58,696 bases of DNA. It comes from an uncultured Candidatus Saccharibacteria bacterium. GTDB lineage: Bacteria; Patescibacteriota; Minisyncoccia; Phycocordibacterales; Zambryskibacteraceae. This document shows positions 9,447 to 21,443 of the stretch, piece after piece. The position numbers and the translations under genes are program-made. Below the pieces are notes generated by a model. That model did not search any database. It was not told where the DNA came from and saw only the letters and a program-made list of their open reading frames with translations. The stretch covers positions 3,789-62,484 of the forward strand of contig CAYIKP010000001.1 of assembly GCA_964364225.1 (NCBI GenBank), written 5' to 3'. Every line of letters starts with the position of its first letter. The first letter of the stretch is position 1.

Positions 9447-10021
9447 TGAAAAAACTAACAGATAAAAACAGAAAAGGCTTTACTTTAATTGAGGTAATAA
9501 TTTCAATTTCAATTTTTATTATTATAGTTACAGTATCTATGGGTGCTATTGCAAGTATATTTGACGCCAATAGAAAATCTCAATCCTTGAAAGCAATTAT
9601 GACAAACCTAAATTTTGCGCTGGAGATAATGGCAAGAGAAATGAGATTTGGAACTAATTATCATTGCAAAGAAGATGGAAATATCTATCAACCACAAAAT
9701 TGTACGGAGGGAGGTAATTTTGTATCCTTTTTATCAAGCGAGGGACAACAAATTGTCTATAGGCTAAATTCTTCCACCAATCAACTTGAAAAATCTATTA
9801 ATGGAGGATCGTCTTATGTTGGTATTACTGCTCCGGAAATAACAATACAGTCTCTAAAATTTTTCGTTCTTGGGGCCACGGTGGAAGTGTCACCAGCTTC
9901 TCCTTTACAACCTAAAGCAATTATTTTGATAAGGGGTTTTGCTGGCACGAAAACAACTAGTCAGTCTTTGTTTACACTAGAGACTACTGTGTCACAAAGA
10001 GTTTTGGATACACCACAATGA
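9446..10021 (+). CDS. minor pilin / pseudopilin
   Basis: 191 aa; KGFTLIEVIISISIFIII prepilin N-terminus; start overlaps the previous stop. Confidence 0.75.
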   Translation: MKKLTDKNRKGFTLIEVIISISIFIIIVTVSMGAIASIFDANRKSQSLKAIMTNLNFALEIMAREMRFGTNYHCKEDGNIYQPQNCTEGGNFVSFLSSEGQQIVYRLNSSTNQLEKSINGGSSYVGITAPEITIQSLKFFVLGATVEVSPASPLQPKAIILIRGFAGTKTTSQSLFTLETTVSQRVLDTPQ

Positions 10022-10599
10022 AAATTAAACACTCAACAAATAACAATAAAAAAGAACTTTCCAAGCATGACGGTTTTACGGTGCTAGAAACATTGGTAGC
10101 AATTGCGATTTTAATTTTGTCTCTAACTGCGGCCTTTTCTGTGGTTCAAAGTAGCCTCTCTATTTCCATGTCTTCTCGTGACGAAGTTACTGCTTATTAC
10201 CTAGCTCAAGAGGGAATAGAAATGATAAGAAATATGAGAGATGAAAATAGCCTTTATGACCCAGTGCGCCCATGGCTTACAGGAATTGCCTTTTCGCAAG
10301 ACGATCCATGTTATTTTGAAAATTATTGCGCTGTGGATTCACCAAACAAAGTTTTTGTTTCCTGTGGCACTTATGCCGGTAATTGTCCGGCCCTAAGACA
10401 AGACAGGGATTCTAATTCGCAGACCTTCGGTATGTACGGCCTAGATAATGCCTGGGACGCAACCATTTTTAAGAGAGAGATGATTTTAAAACAAATAGGG
10501 GCAGATGAAATTGCGCTTACAATTACAATTTACTGGACCAAGGGAATGACAACTAGGCAATTTGTAATTCATGAAAATCTTTTTAACTGGCAAAAATGA
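10018..10599 (+). CDS. minor pilin / pseudopilin
   Basis: 193 aa; DGFTVLETLVAIAILIL prepilin-like N-terminus; 4-nt overlap with neighbours. Confidence 0.7.
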   Translation: MKIKHSTNNNKKELSKHDGFTVLETLVAIAILILSLTAAFSVVQSSLSISMSSRDEVTAYYLAQEGIEMIRNMRDENSLYDPVRPWLTGIAFSQDDPCYFENYCAVDSPNKVFVSCGTYAGNCPALRQDRDSNSQTFGMYGLDNAWDATIFKREMILKQIGADEIALTITIYWTKGMTTRQFVIHENLFNWQK

Positions 10600-11081
10600 T
10601 AATTAAACATAAACAAAATAATAGAGGAGTTACTTTATATGTTTCTATTGTTGTAACATCGGCCCTTCTCTTGGTTTCTTTTGCTATAGCTAATACTACT
10701 TTCAAACAAGCAGCAATTGCCTCAATTAACAGAGATTCACATATAGCTTTCTTTGCAGCAGACTCTGGAGTCGAGTGTGCTTTGTACTGGGATGTTAAAA
10801 ATACAACTGGAGGTAGTGCTTTTGCTACTACTAGCCCATCCACCATTTCTTGTAATGAGAATCCAGAAAACCCAAGTAATCCAAATCCAAAAATTGTTGG
10901 TGGAACTGCCACTTCAACATTCACAATTACTTTTCAGCCAGAAACTTACTGTGCAGTTGTTTCCGTGGGGAAAAGCTATCAAGGTGGTAATTTAGTAACT
11001 TACATAGAGTCCCGCGGGTACAATTCTTGTGATGAAAACAACATCAGAAGAGTAGAAAGAGCTATTAGGGTTATCTATTAA
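10596..11081 (+). CDS. pilin-like protein (PilX-like position)
   Basis: 161 aa; RGVTLYVSIVVTSALLLV hydrophobic N-terminus without the canonical G-F-T-L-x-E; last gene of the pilin block. Confidence 0.5.
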   Translation: MIIKHKQNNRGVTLYVSIVVTSALLLVSFAIANTTFKQAAIASINRDSHIAFFAADSGVECALYWDVKNTTGGSAFATTSPSTISCNENPENPSNPNPKIVGGTATSTFTITFQPETYCAVVSVGKSYQGGNLVTYIESRGYNSCDENNIRRVERAIRVIY

Positions 11082-11109
11082 GCTTCCGTATCTTTAGGTA
11101 ATATAGGGA

Positions 11110-13266
<2,157 letters not shown>

Positions 13267-13391
13267 TGTACCCTCTGAACTTTTTAACAGTAACCTCAGG
13301 TGGTTTTGTTCACGAACTATTCTTATATACTAAAATCGTGAAATCTCTATTAAAAGATGAAAATAAAAAGTTTCTAGGGTAAATTACACTT

Positions 13392-13676
13392 ATGATTTCA
13401 GAAGAAGAAGTAAAAAAACTAGCCAGCTTGGCAAGAATAGAACTAACTACTAAGGAAGTTGTTCAGTATGCTGAAGATATGGGAGAAATACTCGAGTTTG
13501 TTAAATCTGTTAAAGGAATAAATAATGATGCAGAAAAGTCTCAGGGTTTGGTTAAAAATGTTTTGAGAGGAGACTCCAATATAAGAGAATCAGGTGTTTA
13601 TGCCGAGGAAATATTAAATAATGCACCCAAAAAACAAAAAAATTATTTTGTAGTAAAAAAAATAATAGAGAAATGA
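13392..13676 (+). CDS. gatC: Asp/Glu-tRNA amidotransferase subunit C
   Basis: 94 aa; typical GatC N-terminus (EEVKKLASLARIELT); overlaps the gatA start. Confidence 0.85.
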   Translation: MISEEEVKKLASLARIELTTKEVVQYAEDMGEILEFVKSVKGINNDAEKSQGLVKNVLRGDSNIRESGVYAEEILNNAPKKQKNYFVVKKIIEK

Positions 13677-15070
13677 TTGATACTAAGAAAATAACAATTA
13701 AAGAGGCGGGTGAAAAAATAAAATCAGGGAGTTTAAATCCTGAAGAGCTTTTAAATGCGTTTAAAGAAGAGGCGAAAAAACAAAACAACGAGTTAAACGC
13801 CTTTTTGGAGATTTTTGACGATTCAAAAGAAAATGTTGAGTCAGCAACAAACTCCGCAGATAATCCACTTCGTTTTATGCCAATTGCCTATAAAGACAAT
13901 ATGTCTTTGAAGGGAAGGGGTGTTACTGCTGCTTCAAAAATTTTAGAAGGGTATATTGCACCATACACAGCAACTGCTATTAAGAATCTTTTAGATAAAG
14001 GAGTGGTTTTTATTGGCAGAACAAATCTAGATGAATTTGCCATGGGAGCATCAACAGAAAATTCTGCCTACGGTCCTACAAAAAATCCGATTGATAAAAA
14101 TAGGGTTCCAGGAGGATCTTCTGGCGGTTCTGCTGTGGCTGTAGCGGCTGGTCTTGCCATTGCTGCCCTAGGCTCAGATACAGGGGGTTCTATTCGCCAA
14201 CCAGCGGCTTTTTGTGGAATTGTTGGAATGAAACCAACATATGGCGCAGTTTCTCGTTTTGGTCTTTTAGCGCTTGGTTCTTCTCTTGATCAAATAGGGC
14301 CCCTCACGCGCTCTGTATCTGATGCAGAAATTATTTTTGATGTTATTAAAGGGGCCGATAAAAATGATGCTACTAGTTTTTATCCAAAAGATACGAATAA
14401 AGAATTTAAAAAGATTATTGGAGTTCCAGAGGGTATAACTGAAGGCTTAGAAAAAGATGTAAAAGAAAATTTTGAAAACGCTCTTAATAAAATGAAAGGA
14501 CTCGGTTTTGATATCAAAGAAATAAAAATGCCCCACCTTGCTCTTTCTTTGGCGGTTTATTATATTTTGCAACCAGCAGAAGCATCTTCCAATCTAGCTA
14601 GGTATGACGGCATACGATTTGGTTTAAGTGTTGAAGCAAATGACGTGTTAGGTGGGTATCTTTCAACAAGAGAGGGTGGGTTTGGTGCAGAAGTAAAAAG
14701 AAGGATTATGCTTGGCACTTATGTTCTCTCATCTGGATATCATGATGAGTATTACGGCTCAGCTTTAAATGCTAGAGAGATTATTAAAAAAGAATTTGAA
14801 AACGCATTTAAAGATGTTTGTGCTATTGCAACACCAACGACCCCTACGCCAGCGTTTAAAATTGGAGAAAAAATAAATAATCCGGTTGAAATGTATTTAG
14901 CAGATATTTTCACAGTCCCTGCAAATATTTCAGGAATACCAGCCATTTCTCTGCCTAGTGGAACCGTAAATAGAGAAGGCGTGGATTTACCTCTAGGTTT
15001 TCAATTGATGGCCGATAACTATAGAGAAGATGTTTTATTTAACTTAGGGAAACTTTTTATGGGAGAATAG
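13673..15070 (+). CDS. gatA: Asp/Glu-tRNA amidotransferase subunit A
   Basis: 465 aa; amidase signature GGSSGGSAVAVAAG and DTGGSIRQPAAFCG. Confidence 0.92.
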   Translation: MIDTKKITIKEAGEKIKSGSLNPEELLNAFKEEAKKQNNELNAFLEIFDDSKENVESATNSADNPLRFMPIAYKDNMSLKGRGVTAASKILEGYIAPYTATAIKNLLDKGVVFIGRTNLDEFAMGASTENSAYGPTKNPIDKNRVPGGSSGGSAVAVAAGLAIAALGSDTGGSIRQPAAFCGIVGMKPTYGAVSRFGLLALGSSLDQIGPLTRSVSDAEIIFDVIKGADKNDATSFYPKDTNKEFKKIIGVPEGITEGLEKDVKENFENALNKMKGLGFDIKEIKMPHLALSLAVYYILQPAEASSNLARYDGIRFGLSVEANDVLGGYLSTREGGFGAEVKRRIMLGTYVLSSGYHDEYYGSALNAREIIKKEFENAFKDVCAIATPTTPTPAFKIGEKINNPVEMYLADIFTVPANISGIPAISLPSGTVNREGVDLPLGFQLMADNYREDVLFNLGKLFMGE

Positions 15071-15076
15071 GGGTAT

Positions 15077-15766
15077 ATGGCAGATGCACCTAAAAAAAAT
15101 GATAAACCGCCGGTAGTACAAAAGGTCTACAATTTTGAAACCTTTTTGGCAGACGCATTAATAGTGATTTTTGGGCTGTTTATATTAGGGGCACTTCTGG
15201 GAAGAATCGCTTTAGTTTTCGGATCTTCTTCACAGTTTACTTTGTTTAGTGACTTTTCTAATTGGTTTTTAAGTAAGGTGTATCCTACGATAAAAATTAT
15301 ATCGCTAGTTTTATCCGCCCTTTTTCTTTGGGGAATAATTTTTTCAGCAAGAAAACTTACTAGGGTAAACAATACATATAACGTTTTGCGCAAAGAAAAA
15401 TTGAAAGAGAGCGTTGTTCACACTGCTAATGAGACAGTCGTAAAGAAAATAGATTTTAGTAAAAACTGGCACATAGTTCTTAATCACGCATCCAGCCATA
15501 ATCAAAACGATTGGAAAATAGCAATTCTTGACGCAGATTCTATTCTTGATGATGTATTAAAGATAAAGGGCTATGTTGGCGATACTATGGCAGATAGGTT
15601 AAAAGCTATTGATAGGGGAGATTTACAAAATTTAGATTTAGCATGGGAAGCACATAAGTATAGAAATGCCATTGCTCATGGAGATGATATTTCTTTCAAC
15701 CAACATGAGGTTCGTAGGATAATTTATAATTTTGAAAAAGTCTTAAAAGAATTTAAAGCGATTTAA
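15077..15766 (+). CDS. hypothetical membrane protein
   Basis: 229 aa; two TM helices in the N-terminal half, soluble C-terminal domain; no motif I can name. Confidence 0.4.
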   Translation: MADAPKKNDKPPVVQKVYNFETFLADALIVIFGLFILGALLGRIALVFGSSSQFTLFSDFSNWFLSKVYPTIKIISLVLSALFLWGIIFSARKLTRVNNTYNVLRKEKLKESVVHTANETVVKKIDFSKNWHIVLNHASSHNQNDWKIAILDADSILDDVLKIKGYVGDTMADRLKAIDRGDLQNLDLAWEAHKYRNAIAHGDDISFNQHEVRRIIYNFEKVLKEFKAI

Positions 15767-15809
15767 TGCTTGAATTTTGTGCTAATCGGGCATATTATTG
15801 GGGTCCAAT

Positions 15810-15880
15810 CGCGGGGTGGAGAAGTAGTATCTCGCAAGGCTCATAACCTTGAGGCCTAGGTGCAATTCCTGGCCCCGCAA
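15810..15880 (+). tRNA. tRNA-Met (CAU), initiator type
   Basis: Hand-folded cloverleaf; CGCGGGGTGGAG 5' end as in E. coli tRNA-fMet; C1 opposite A72 mismatch; anticodon loop CTCATAA. Confidence 0.8.
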
Positions 15881-15999
15881 CAATTTTCTTTATTTTTTAA
15901 TTGTTTAAACGCTATACCATATACTTACCCATGTGGGCATTTATTATTTCACGTTTTTAATGGTAATTTAGTAAGTGTGCGGTATACTTTTGCCTACTT

Positions 16000-16071
16000 G
16001 TCGGTGTAGTTCAACGGTTAGAACAGGGGACTCATAAGCCTCAGACAGTGGTTCGACTCCACTCATCGACA
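16000..16071 (+). tRNA. tRNA with CAU anticodon (elongator Met or Ile2/lysidine)
   Basis: Acceptor gtcggtg/catcgac, D arm gttc-aacggtta-gaac, anticodon loop ctcataa, T arm agtgg-ttcgact-ccact. Confidence 0.8.
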
Positions 16072-16105
16072 CACGTTTCGAGTTAGAATACACGGAACGA
16101 ACAAT

Positions 16106-16179
16106 GCGGGCGTAGCTCAGCTGGTTAGAGCGCTTCCCTGTCACGGAAGAGGTCGTGGGTTCAAATCCCATCGCTCGCG
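16106..16179 (+). tRNA. tRNA-Asp (GUC)
   Basis: Acceptor gcgggcg/cgctcgc, D arm gctc-agctggtta-gagc, anticodon stem-loop cttcc-ctgtcac-ggaag, T loop ttcaaat. Confidence 0.9.
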
Positions 16180-16291
16180 CATCGATTTGTGTCAATAAAC
16201 TAGCCTTGAAAACCTCATGGGTTTATGAGACGTAGGACAAGCCTGTTTTTGGGTATATAATAAAAAAATATCATTTTAACAAAAAAATTGT

Positions 16292-16612
16292 ATGTCTATA
16301 GAAGGATACGAAGTACCATTTGATGGAGCAGTACCACAAGAAATACCAGATACTCTTGAGCACACAGAGTTATCCGAGCAAACTCCAGAACAAAAAGCTG
16401 ACACTGCGCAATTTAAATACTGCCAAGGAAAGAGTGATGAGTATCATCGTAGACTGACAGAGCTTCAGAGCAGGATTCCATTACTAGGCACAGCAGAATA
16501 TGCTGCTTTTGCAAGAGAAGAACGAGATATTGTTGACCTCATGCACTCAAATGACCGAGTGATAAATGAACTTACCAAAAGGATAGCAAAAACAGGAGCG
16601 GCTTTTTTTTGA
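16292..16612 (+). CDS. hypothetical protein
   Basis: 106-aa ORF, acidic N-terminus; no recognisable motif. Confidence 0.35.
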   Translation: MSIEGYEVPFDGAVPQEIPDTLEHTELSEQTPEQKADTAQFKYCQGKSDEYHRRLTELQSRIPLLGTAEYAAFAREERDIVDLMHSNDRVINELTKRIAKTGAAFF

Positions 16613-16830
16613 TTAAGAACCAATTCTTTCCTAACACAAGCCCGTGCATTTGTGTGGATTAGATAAAATAATATACTTATGATATGGAAAAATCTGAAGA
16701 TATTTCTGAATTTAATATAAACCCAGAAACGGCTCAAAAAGCAGTTGTTGTAGAAGAATGATTTATTATTCCAGTTCTAACATCTCCCACTATCCCGCGC
16801 AAATATAAAACCTTTTTTATTCCCCCCGAA

Positions 16831-18312
16831 ATGGTAGAGTGTTGCCTTATGGCAAAATCGGATTCAATCGTTTCGTTTGAAAAAGTATCTTTTGAGTATG
16901 GACACAACAAACCAATATTAGATGAGGTGGATTTTGTAGTACGTCGCGGTACTAAAATCACAATTATGGGTCAAAATGGTGCTGGCAAGAGTACTATTTT
17001 TGAACTCATTACAAAAGGGTTAAAACCAGAATCTGGGAAAGTAAATATTACAAACGGCATAAGTATTGCTATCGCTCGCCAGGTTATTCCTAGAGATGAA
17101 TTAGATATAACAGTACGCGATTTTTTCACAAAGCGTTTTTCAGAAAAAAAGTACAATATTGATCAGAAAGTAGATGAAGTGCTTGAGGTGGTTAATTTAA
17201 GGGGCCATGTAAAAATGCACGATAGGATAATTCGTTCCTTTTCTGGTGGTCAACAAGCGCGCCTTCTTTTAGCGTCTGCCATTATTCAAGATCCAGATAT
17301 TCTTCTTTTAGATGAGCCAACTAATAATTTAGATAAAGGGGGTATCGAGCACCTAACTCAATTTTTAGTGAATTATAAAAAAACAGTAATTGTTATTTCT
17401 CACGATGCTGACTTTTTAAATAAATTTACAGACAGTGTTTTATATTTAGATATTTATACACGTAAAGTTGAACAATATTCTGGAAACTATTTTGTAGTAA
17501 CCAAGGAAATTGAATTACGGAAAGAAAAAGAAAATAGAAAAAATGCCCAACTAGCAAAAGAAATACAAGCCAATAAAGATAAAGCAAACTTCTTTGCGAT
17601 GAAGGGAGGGCAGATGCGACTGGTCGCTCGTCGTATGCGAGATAAGGCTGAAGAACTAGAGGAAGAAAAAGTTGATGTTCGTAAAGAAGATAAAATCATT
17701 CGTCCATTTATTATTCCAATGCAAGAGGGGCTTGTGGGGGATGTTATTAAAATCACATCATTCACAACACTTGGTAAAAACCACAAGATAGTAAAAAGAA
17801 AGGCAAATATAATCATGCGCAAAGGCCAGCACCTACTTCTCCGTGGTCCAAACGGAATTGGTAAAAGCACGCTTTTGGAGGCAATTGCTGGAAGAAAAGC
17901 AGAAGGTTCGGTAATTAGTGAAAATGTAGTGGTTGGTTATTATCGCCAAGATTTTTCAACGCTAAACTTTGAAGACACTGTGTATGAATCCCTAATGGCA
18001 GTTTCTCAAAAACTTGGTGAAGAATTTGTTCGAGGAGTTGCAGCTGGATTTTTAATAACTGGTGATGTAATTCACACAAAAATAGGCGATTTATCTGAAG
18101 GGCAGAAAGGTTTGGTGGCTTTTGCACGCTTAGTGCTTGAAAAGCCTGGGCTTTTAATTTTGGATGAGCCAACTAATCATATAAATTTCCGCCATCTTCC
18201 CATAATTGCTAAGGCACTTGCTGATTACAAAGGGGCAATGATTCTTGTTTCTCACGTAGAAGAGTTTGTGGAGCAGATCCGTATTGATGAAATTTTAGAT
18301 TTAGAGAAATAA
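16831..18312 (+). CDS. ABC-F family ATPase (two ABC cassettes, no TM domain)
   Basis: GQNGAGKST / LSGGQQARLLLA / LLLDEPTN and GPNGIGKST / LSEGQKGLVAFA / LILDEPTN joined by a charged linker; alternative start ATG 16849. Confidence 0.9.
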   Translation: MVECCLMAKSDSIVSFEKVSFEYGHNKPILDEVDFVVRRGTKITIMGQNGAGKSTIFELITKGLKPESGKVNITNGISIAIARQVIPRDELDITVRDFFTKRFSEKKYNIDQKVDEVLEVVNLRGHVKMHDRIIRSFSGGQQARLLLASAIIQDPDILLLDEPTNNLDKGGIEHLTQFLVNYKKTVIVISHDADFLNKFTDSVLYLDIYTRKVEQYSGNYFVVTKEIELRKEKENRKNAQLAKEIQANKDKANFFAMKGGQMRLVARRMRDKAEELEEEKVDVRKEDKIIRPFIIPMQEGLVGDVIKITSFTTLGKNHKIVKRKANIIMRKGQHLLLRGPNGIGKSTLLEAIAGRKAEGSVISENVVVGYYRQDFSTLNFEDTVYESLMAVSQKLGEEFVRGVAAGFLITGDVIHTKIGDLSEGQKGLVAFARLVLEKPGLLILDEPTNHINFRHLPIIAKALADYKGAMILVSHVEEFVEQIRIDEILDLEK

Positions 18313-18382
18313 TATAATTTGGTGTGCCACGTACTTAATTGAAAAAGAATGATTTAAAAAGTAAGATTGAGCTCTACCAAAA

Positions 18383-18454
18383 GCCGGAGTAGTTAAGTGG
18401 TATAACAACCCCATGGTAAGGGGTAGGCCGGGAGTTCGATTCTCCCCTCTGGCT
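18383..18454 (+). tRNA. tRNA-Thr (GGU)
   Basis: Acceptor gccggag/ctctggc, anticodon stem-loop acccc-atggtaa-ggggt, T arm gggag-ttcgatt-ctccc. Confidence 0.9.
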
Positions 18455-18488
18455 CTAGTCATTTTTAGAATGTAAGCTGTTATATACT

Positions 18489-18562
18489 GCCGAAGTAGTT
18501 CAGTGGTAGAACACTACTTTCGTAAAGTAGGAACATGAGTTCGATTCTCATCTTCGGCTCCA
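18489..18562 (+). tRNA. tRNA-Thr (CGU), CCA encoded
   Basis: Acceptor gccgaag/cttcggc, anticodon stem-loop ctact-ttcgtaa-agtag, T arm atgag-ttcgatt-ctcat, then t-cca. Confidence 0.9.
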
Positions 18563-18565
18563 CTT

Positions 18566-19471
18566 ATGAAAAAAGAAGAAATACAAAAACAAATTTTAGA
18601 AATTGAAGAGCAAATGCAGGCTTCTGATTTTTGGAGCGATAAAGATGAAGCGCAAAAAGTGATAAAAGAATATGAAAAACTTAAAATCACAAAAGATGGT
18701 GGTGGGGAATACGATGGTGGTTCGGCCGTGCTTACAATATTTTCTGGGGCAGGAGGTGACGATGCCGAAGATTTTGCACGAATGTTAATGGAGATGTATA
18801 CAAAGTTTTTTGATAAAAAAGGCTGGAGTTATGCATTTCTTCATGAAAACAAAAATGATCATGGGGGATATAGAAATATCACTATGGAAATTGACCCTTC
18901 GAATACCTCAGGGCAGGTGGCAAGGGGACTGGGACCATATGGAATTTTGAAAAATGAATCTGGGGTTCATCGCCTCGTACGGGTGTCTCCATTTAGTGCG
19001 AAAAGTTTGCGCCATACGTCTTTTTGTTTGGTTGAGTTTATTCCTAAATTTGAGGAGGTTACAGAATATGCAATTCCAGATGATGAAGTGAGAGTAGAGT
19101 TTGCTCGCTCCGGTGGCCCAGGAGGGCAAAATGTAAACAAAAGAGAAACAGCTGTTCGTGTGATTCATGAGCCGACAAATCTTTCTGTTCATGTTTCTAC
19201 AGAGCGCTCACAAGCTCAAAACAGAGAAAAAGCCATGCAAATTCTTTCTGCAAAACTTTATAAAATCAGAGAAGACGAGAGAATAGCGAAAGAAAAGGGA
19301 ATGTATATTTCAAAAACCACAGAAATAACATGGGGCAATCAGATTCGCTCATATGTTTTGCATCCGTATCAAATGGTAAAGGACCATAGGACAGAAGCGG
19401 AAACAAGAAATGTAAAAGATGTTTTGGATGGAGATATAGACTTGTTTTTGGAGGCAGAAAAAGGGCTCTAA
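18566..19471 (+). CDS. prfB: peptide chain release factor 2 (short form, no frameshift site)
   Basis: 301 aa; RF2-specific SPF (RVSPFSAK) and GGQ (GPGGQNVNK); ATG lies 4 nt after the tRNA-Thr CCA end. Confidence 0.9.
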   Translation: MKKEEIQKQILEIEEQMQASDFWSDKDEAQKVIKEYEKLKITKDGGGEYDGGSAVLTIFSGAGGDDAEDFARMLMEMYTKFFDKKGWSYAFLHENKNDHGGYRNITMEIDPSNTSGQVARGLGPYGILKNESGVHRLVRVSPFSAKSLRHTSFCLVEFIPKFEEVTEYAIPDDEVRVEFARSGGPGGQNVNKRETAVRVIHEPTNLSVHVSTERSQAQNREKAMQILSAKLYKIREDERIAKEKGMYISKTTEITWGNQIRSYVLHPYQMVKDHRTEAETRNVKDVLDGDIDLFLEAEKGL

Positions 19472-19488
19472 TATGTTAAAATAGCGAG

Positions 19489-20169
19489 GTGATTTACTTT
19501 GAAAAAGTTTCAAAAATATACCCAGACAGCTCTGTAGCACTTGAAGATGTGAGCTTTACAGTAGAACCCAAAGAATTTGTCTCTTTGGTAGGGCATTCTG
19601 GTGCTGGAAAAACTACTCTTATAAAAATGCTTTTGGCAGAGGATAAACCCACAGAAGGGCATGTCTTTTTCGGCTCTCAAAACGTTCATCAGCTTTCAAA
19701 AAAAGAGATTAATGAATACCGCAGGAAAGTGGGTGTAGTTTTTCAAGATTTTCGTCTTCTTCCGTACAAAAATATTTATGAAAACATAGCATTTTCAATG
19801 GAAGCAGCAGGAAGAACAGATGAAGAGATAGAGGCAGATGTTCCTCATGTACTAGAGCTTGTGAATTTGGGTAACAAAATATGGAATTTTCCCCATGAGC
19901 TTTCTGGTGGAGAAAAGCAAAGGGCTGCTATTGCGAGAGCCATTGTTAATCAGCCAGAGATAGTGGTTGCCGATGAGCCAACAGGAAATTTAGATCCGGT
20001 TAATACCTATGAAATTGTTCAGATACTGAAGAAAATCAATGATTTAGGCACCACAGTCATTCTTACTACACATAATAAGGGCGTTATTGATGCGTTGGGC
20101 AAAAGGGTGATAACTATGGAAAATGGTCGAATTGTGCGAGATGATAAGACAGGTAGATATGTTTTGTAA
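19489..20169 (+). CDS. ftsE: cell-division ABC ATPase FtsE
   Basis: Walker A GHSGAGKTT, signature LSGGEKQRAAIARA, Walker B IVVADEPTGNLD; GTG start. Confidence 0.9.
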   Translation: MIYFEKVSKIYPDSSVALEDVSFTVEPKEFVSLVGHSGAGKTTLIKMLLAEDKPTEGHVFFGSQNVHQLSKKEINEYRRKVGVVFQDFRLLPYKNIYENIAFSMEAAGRTDEEIEADVPHVLELVNLGNKIWNFPHELSGGEKQRAAIARAIVNQPEIVVADEPTGNLDPVNTYEIVQILKKINDLGTTVILTTHNKGVIDALGKRVITMENGRIVRDDKTGRYVL

Positions 20170-20173
20170 CTTC

Positions 20174-20469
20174 ATCCTCTAAACTTTTTACCTATGCATT
20201 ATGCAGTACGTCTATGTACTACAAAGTAAATTAGATAAAGATCTTTATATAGGATGTACTAATGATATAAAAAAGAGACTTGTACTACATAATGCAAAGA
20301 AGGTTAATTCAACTAAAAAACGCACCCCATTAGTGTTAATATATTACGAAGCGTTTATTAACCCCACAGATGCATTTAATCGAGAAATATTCTTAAAATC
20401 GGGGTGGGGTAGAAATAATCTACGCAAATTATTGCATAACCACCTTCATAGGTAAAAAGTTTTTAGGAT
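20174..20469 (+). mobile_element. GIY-YIG mini-element bounded by 23-bp inverted repeats, inserted between ftsE and ftsX
   Basis: Left atcctctaaactttttacctatg (20174-20196) and right cataggtaaaaagtttttaggat (20447-20469) are reverse complements at 21/23 positions (16-bp perfect core). Confidence 0.55.
20201..20455 (+). CDS. GIY-YIG nuclease-domain protein (84 aa)
   Basis: YVYVLQS...LYIGCTNDIKKRLVLHN matches the GIY-YIG core with downstream R/E/N positions. Confidence 0.8.
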   Translation: MQYVYVLQSKLDKDLYIGCTNDIKKRLVLHNAKKVNSTKKRTPLVLIYYEAFINPTDAFNREIFLKSGWGRNNLRKLLHNHLHR

Positions 20470-20471
20470 AA

Positions 20472-21404
20472 ATGGCATTTTTTTCAACAAACACAAGAAG
20501 AATAGTTAAAACCGGCTTTTTCAGCTTTTGGAGAAATGGATTTGTTTCTCTTTCTTCAGTAGTGGTGATGCTTGTTACACTCTCTGTTATAGGCGGACTT
20601 ATTTTTCTTTCAGCTATTTTAAATACGACTCTTACAGAAATAAAAAATAAAGTTGATATAAATGTTTATTTTGTAACAACAGCAGGGGAGGGTAGTATTT
20701 TGTCTCTCAAAAAAACAATAGAGGGAATGCCGGAAGTGATGGAAGTAAAATATACAACACGTGAACAAGCGTTGGCAGATTTTAAATCCAAACATTCTAA
20801 TGATGAAATAACTCTTCAAGTGCTAGAAGAATTGGGAGATAATCCACTTGGTGCAACACTAAACATCCGAGCAAAAGACCCATCCCAATACGAAGGTATT
20901 GCTAAATTTTTAACAAACCAAGGCGCACTTTCATCGGGAGATAATTCGATAATAGATAAAGTAAATTATTTCCAAAACAAAACAGCAATTGATCGCCTTT
21001 CTAAAATAATAGACTCTGCCAATCGCCTTGGCTTTATTACAACACTAGTGCTATCAATAGTTTCAATAATTATTACTTTCAATACCATTCGTCTTGCAAT
21101 CTTTATTTCTAAAGACGAGATTTCTGTAATGCGCCTTGTAGGTGCGGCGCAGGGTTATATTAGGGGGCCCTTTATGGTGGCTGGCGTTTTGTATGGTGGT
21201 GTAGCGGCACTCATTACTCTTATTGTATTTTTTCCAATAACCTATTGGCTTGGTGGTGTAACTGAAAATTTCTTCATAGGTTTAAATATATTTTCTTACT
21301 ATCTAAATAATTTCGGTGAATTTTTCTTAATTCTAGTTGGTTCTGGTGCACTCATTGGTGCTGTATCTAGCTTTTTGGCTACTCGCAAATATTTGAAAGT
21401 TTAG
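20472..21404 (+). CDS. ftsX: cell-division protein FtsX
   Basis: 310 aa; N-terminal TM, large extracytoplasmic loop, three C-terminal TMs; partner of ftsE. Confidence 0.85.
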   Translation: MAFFSTNTRRIVKTGFFSFWRNGFVSLSSVVVMLVTLSVIGGLIFLSAILNTTLTEIKNKVDINVYFVTTAGEGSILSLKKTIEGMPEVMEVKYTTREQALADFKSKHSNDEITLQVLEELGDNPLGATLNIRAKDPSQYEGIAKFLTNQGALSSGDNSIIDKVNYFQNKTAIDRLSKIIDSANRLGFITTLVLSIVSIIITFNTIRLAIFISKDEISVMRLVGAAQGYIRGPFMVAGVLYGGVAALITLIVFFPITYWLGGVTENFFIGLNIFSYYLNNFGEFFLILVGSGALIGAVSSFLATRKYLKV

Positions 21405-21443
21405 TTTGAATAAAGCTGTTTTTGGGGTATCTTATGAACACAT

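Noticed and set aside
15968-16195. 75-aa minus-strand ORF
   Set aside because: It lies entirely antisense to two well-folding tRNA genes (16000-16071 and 16106-16179).
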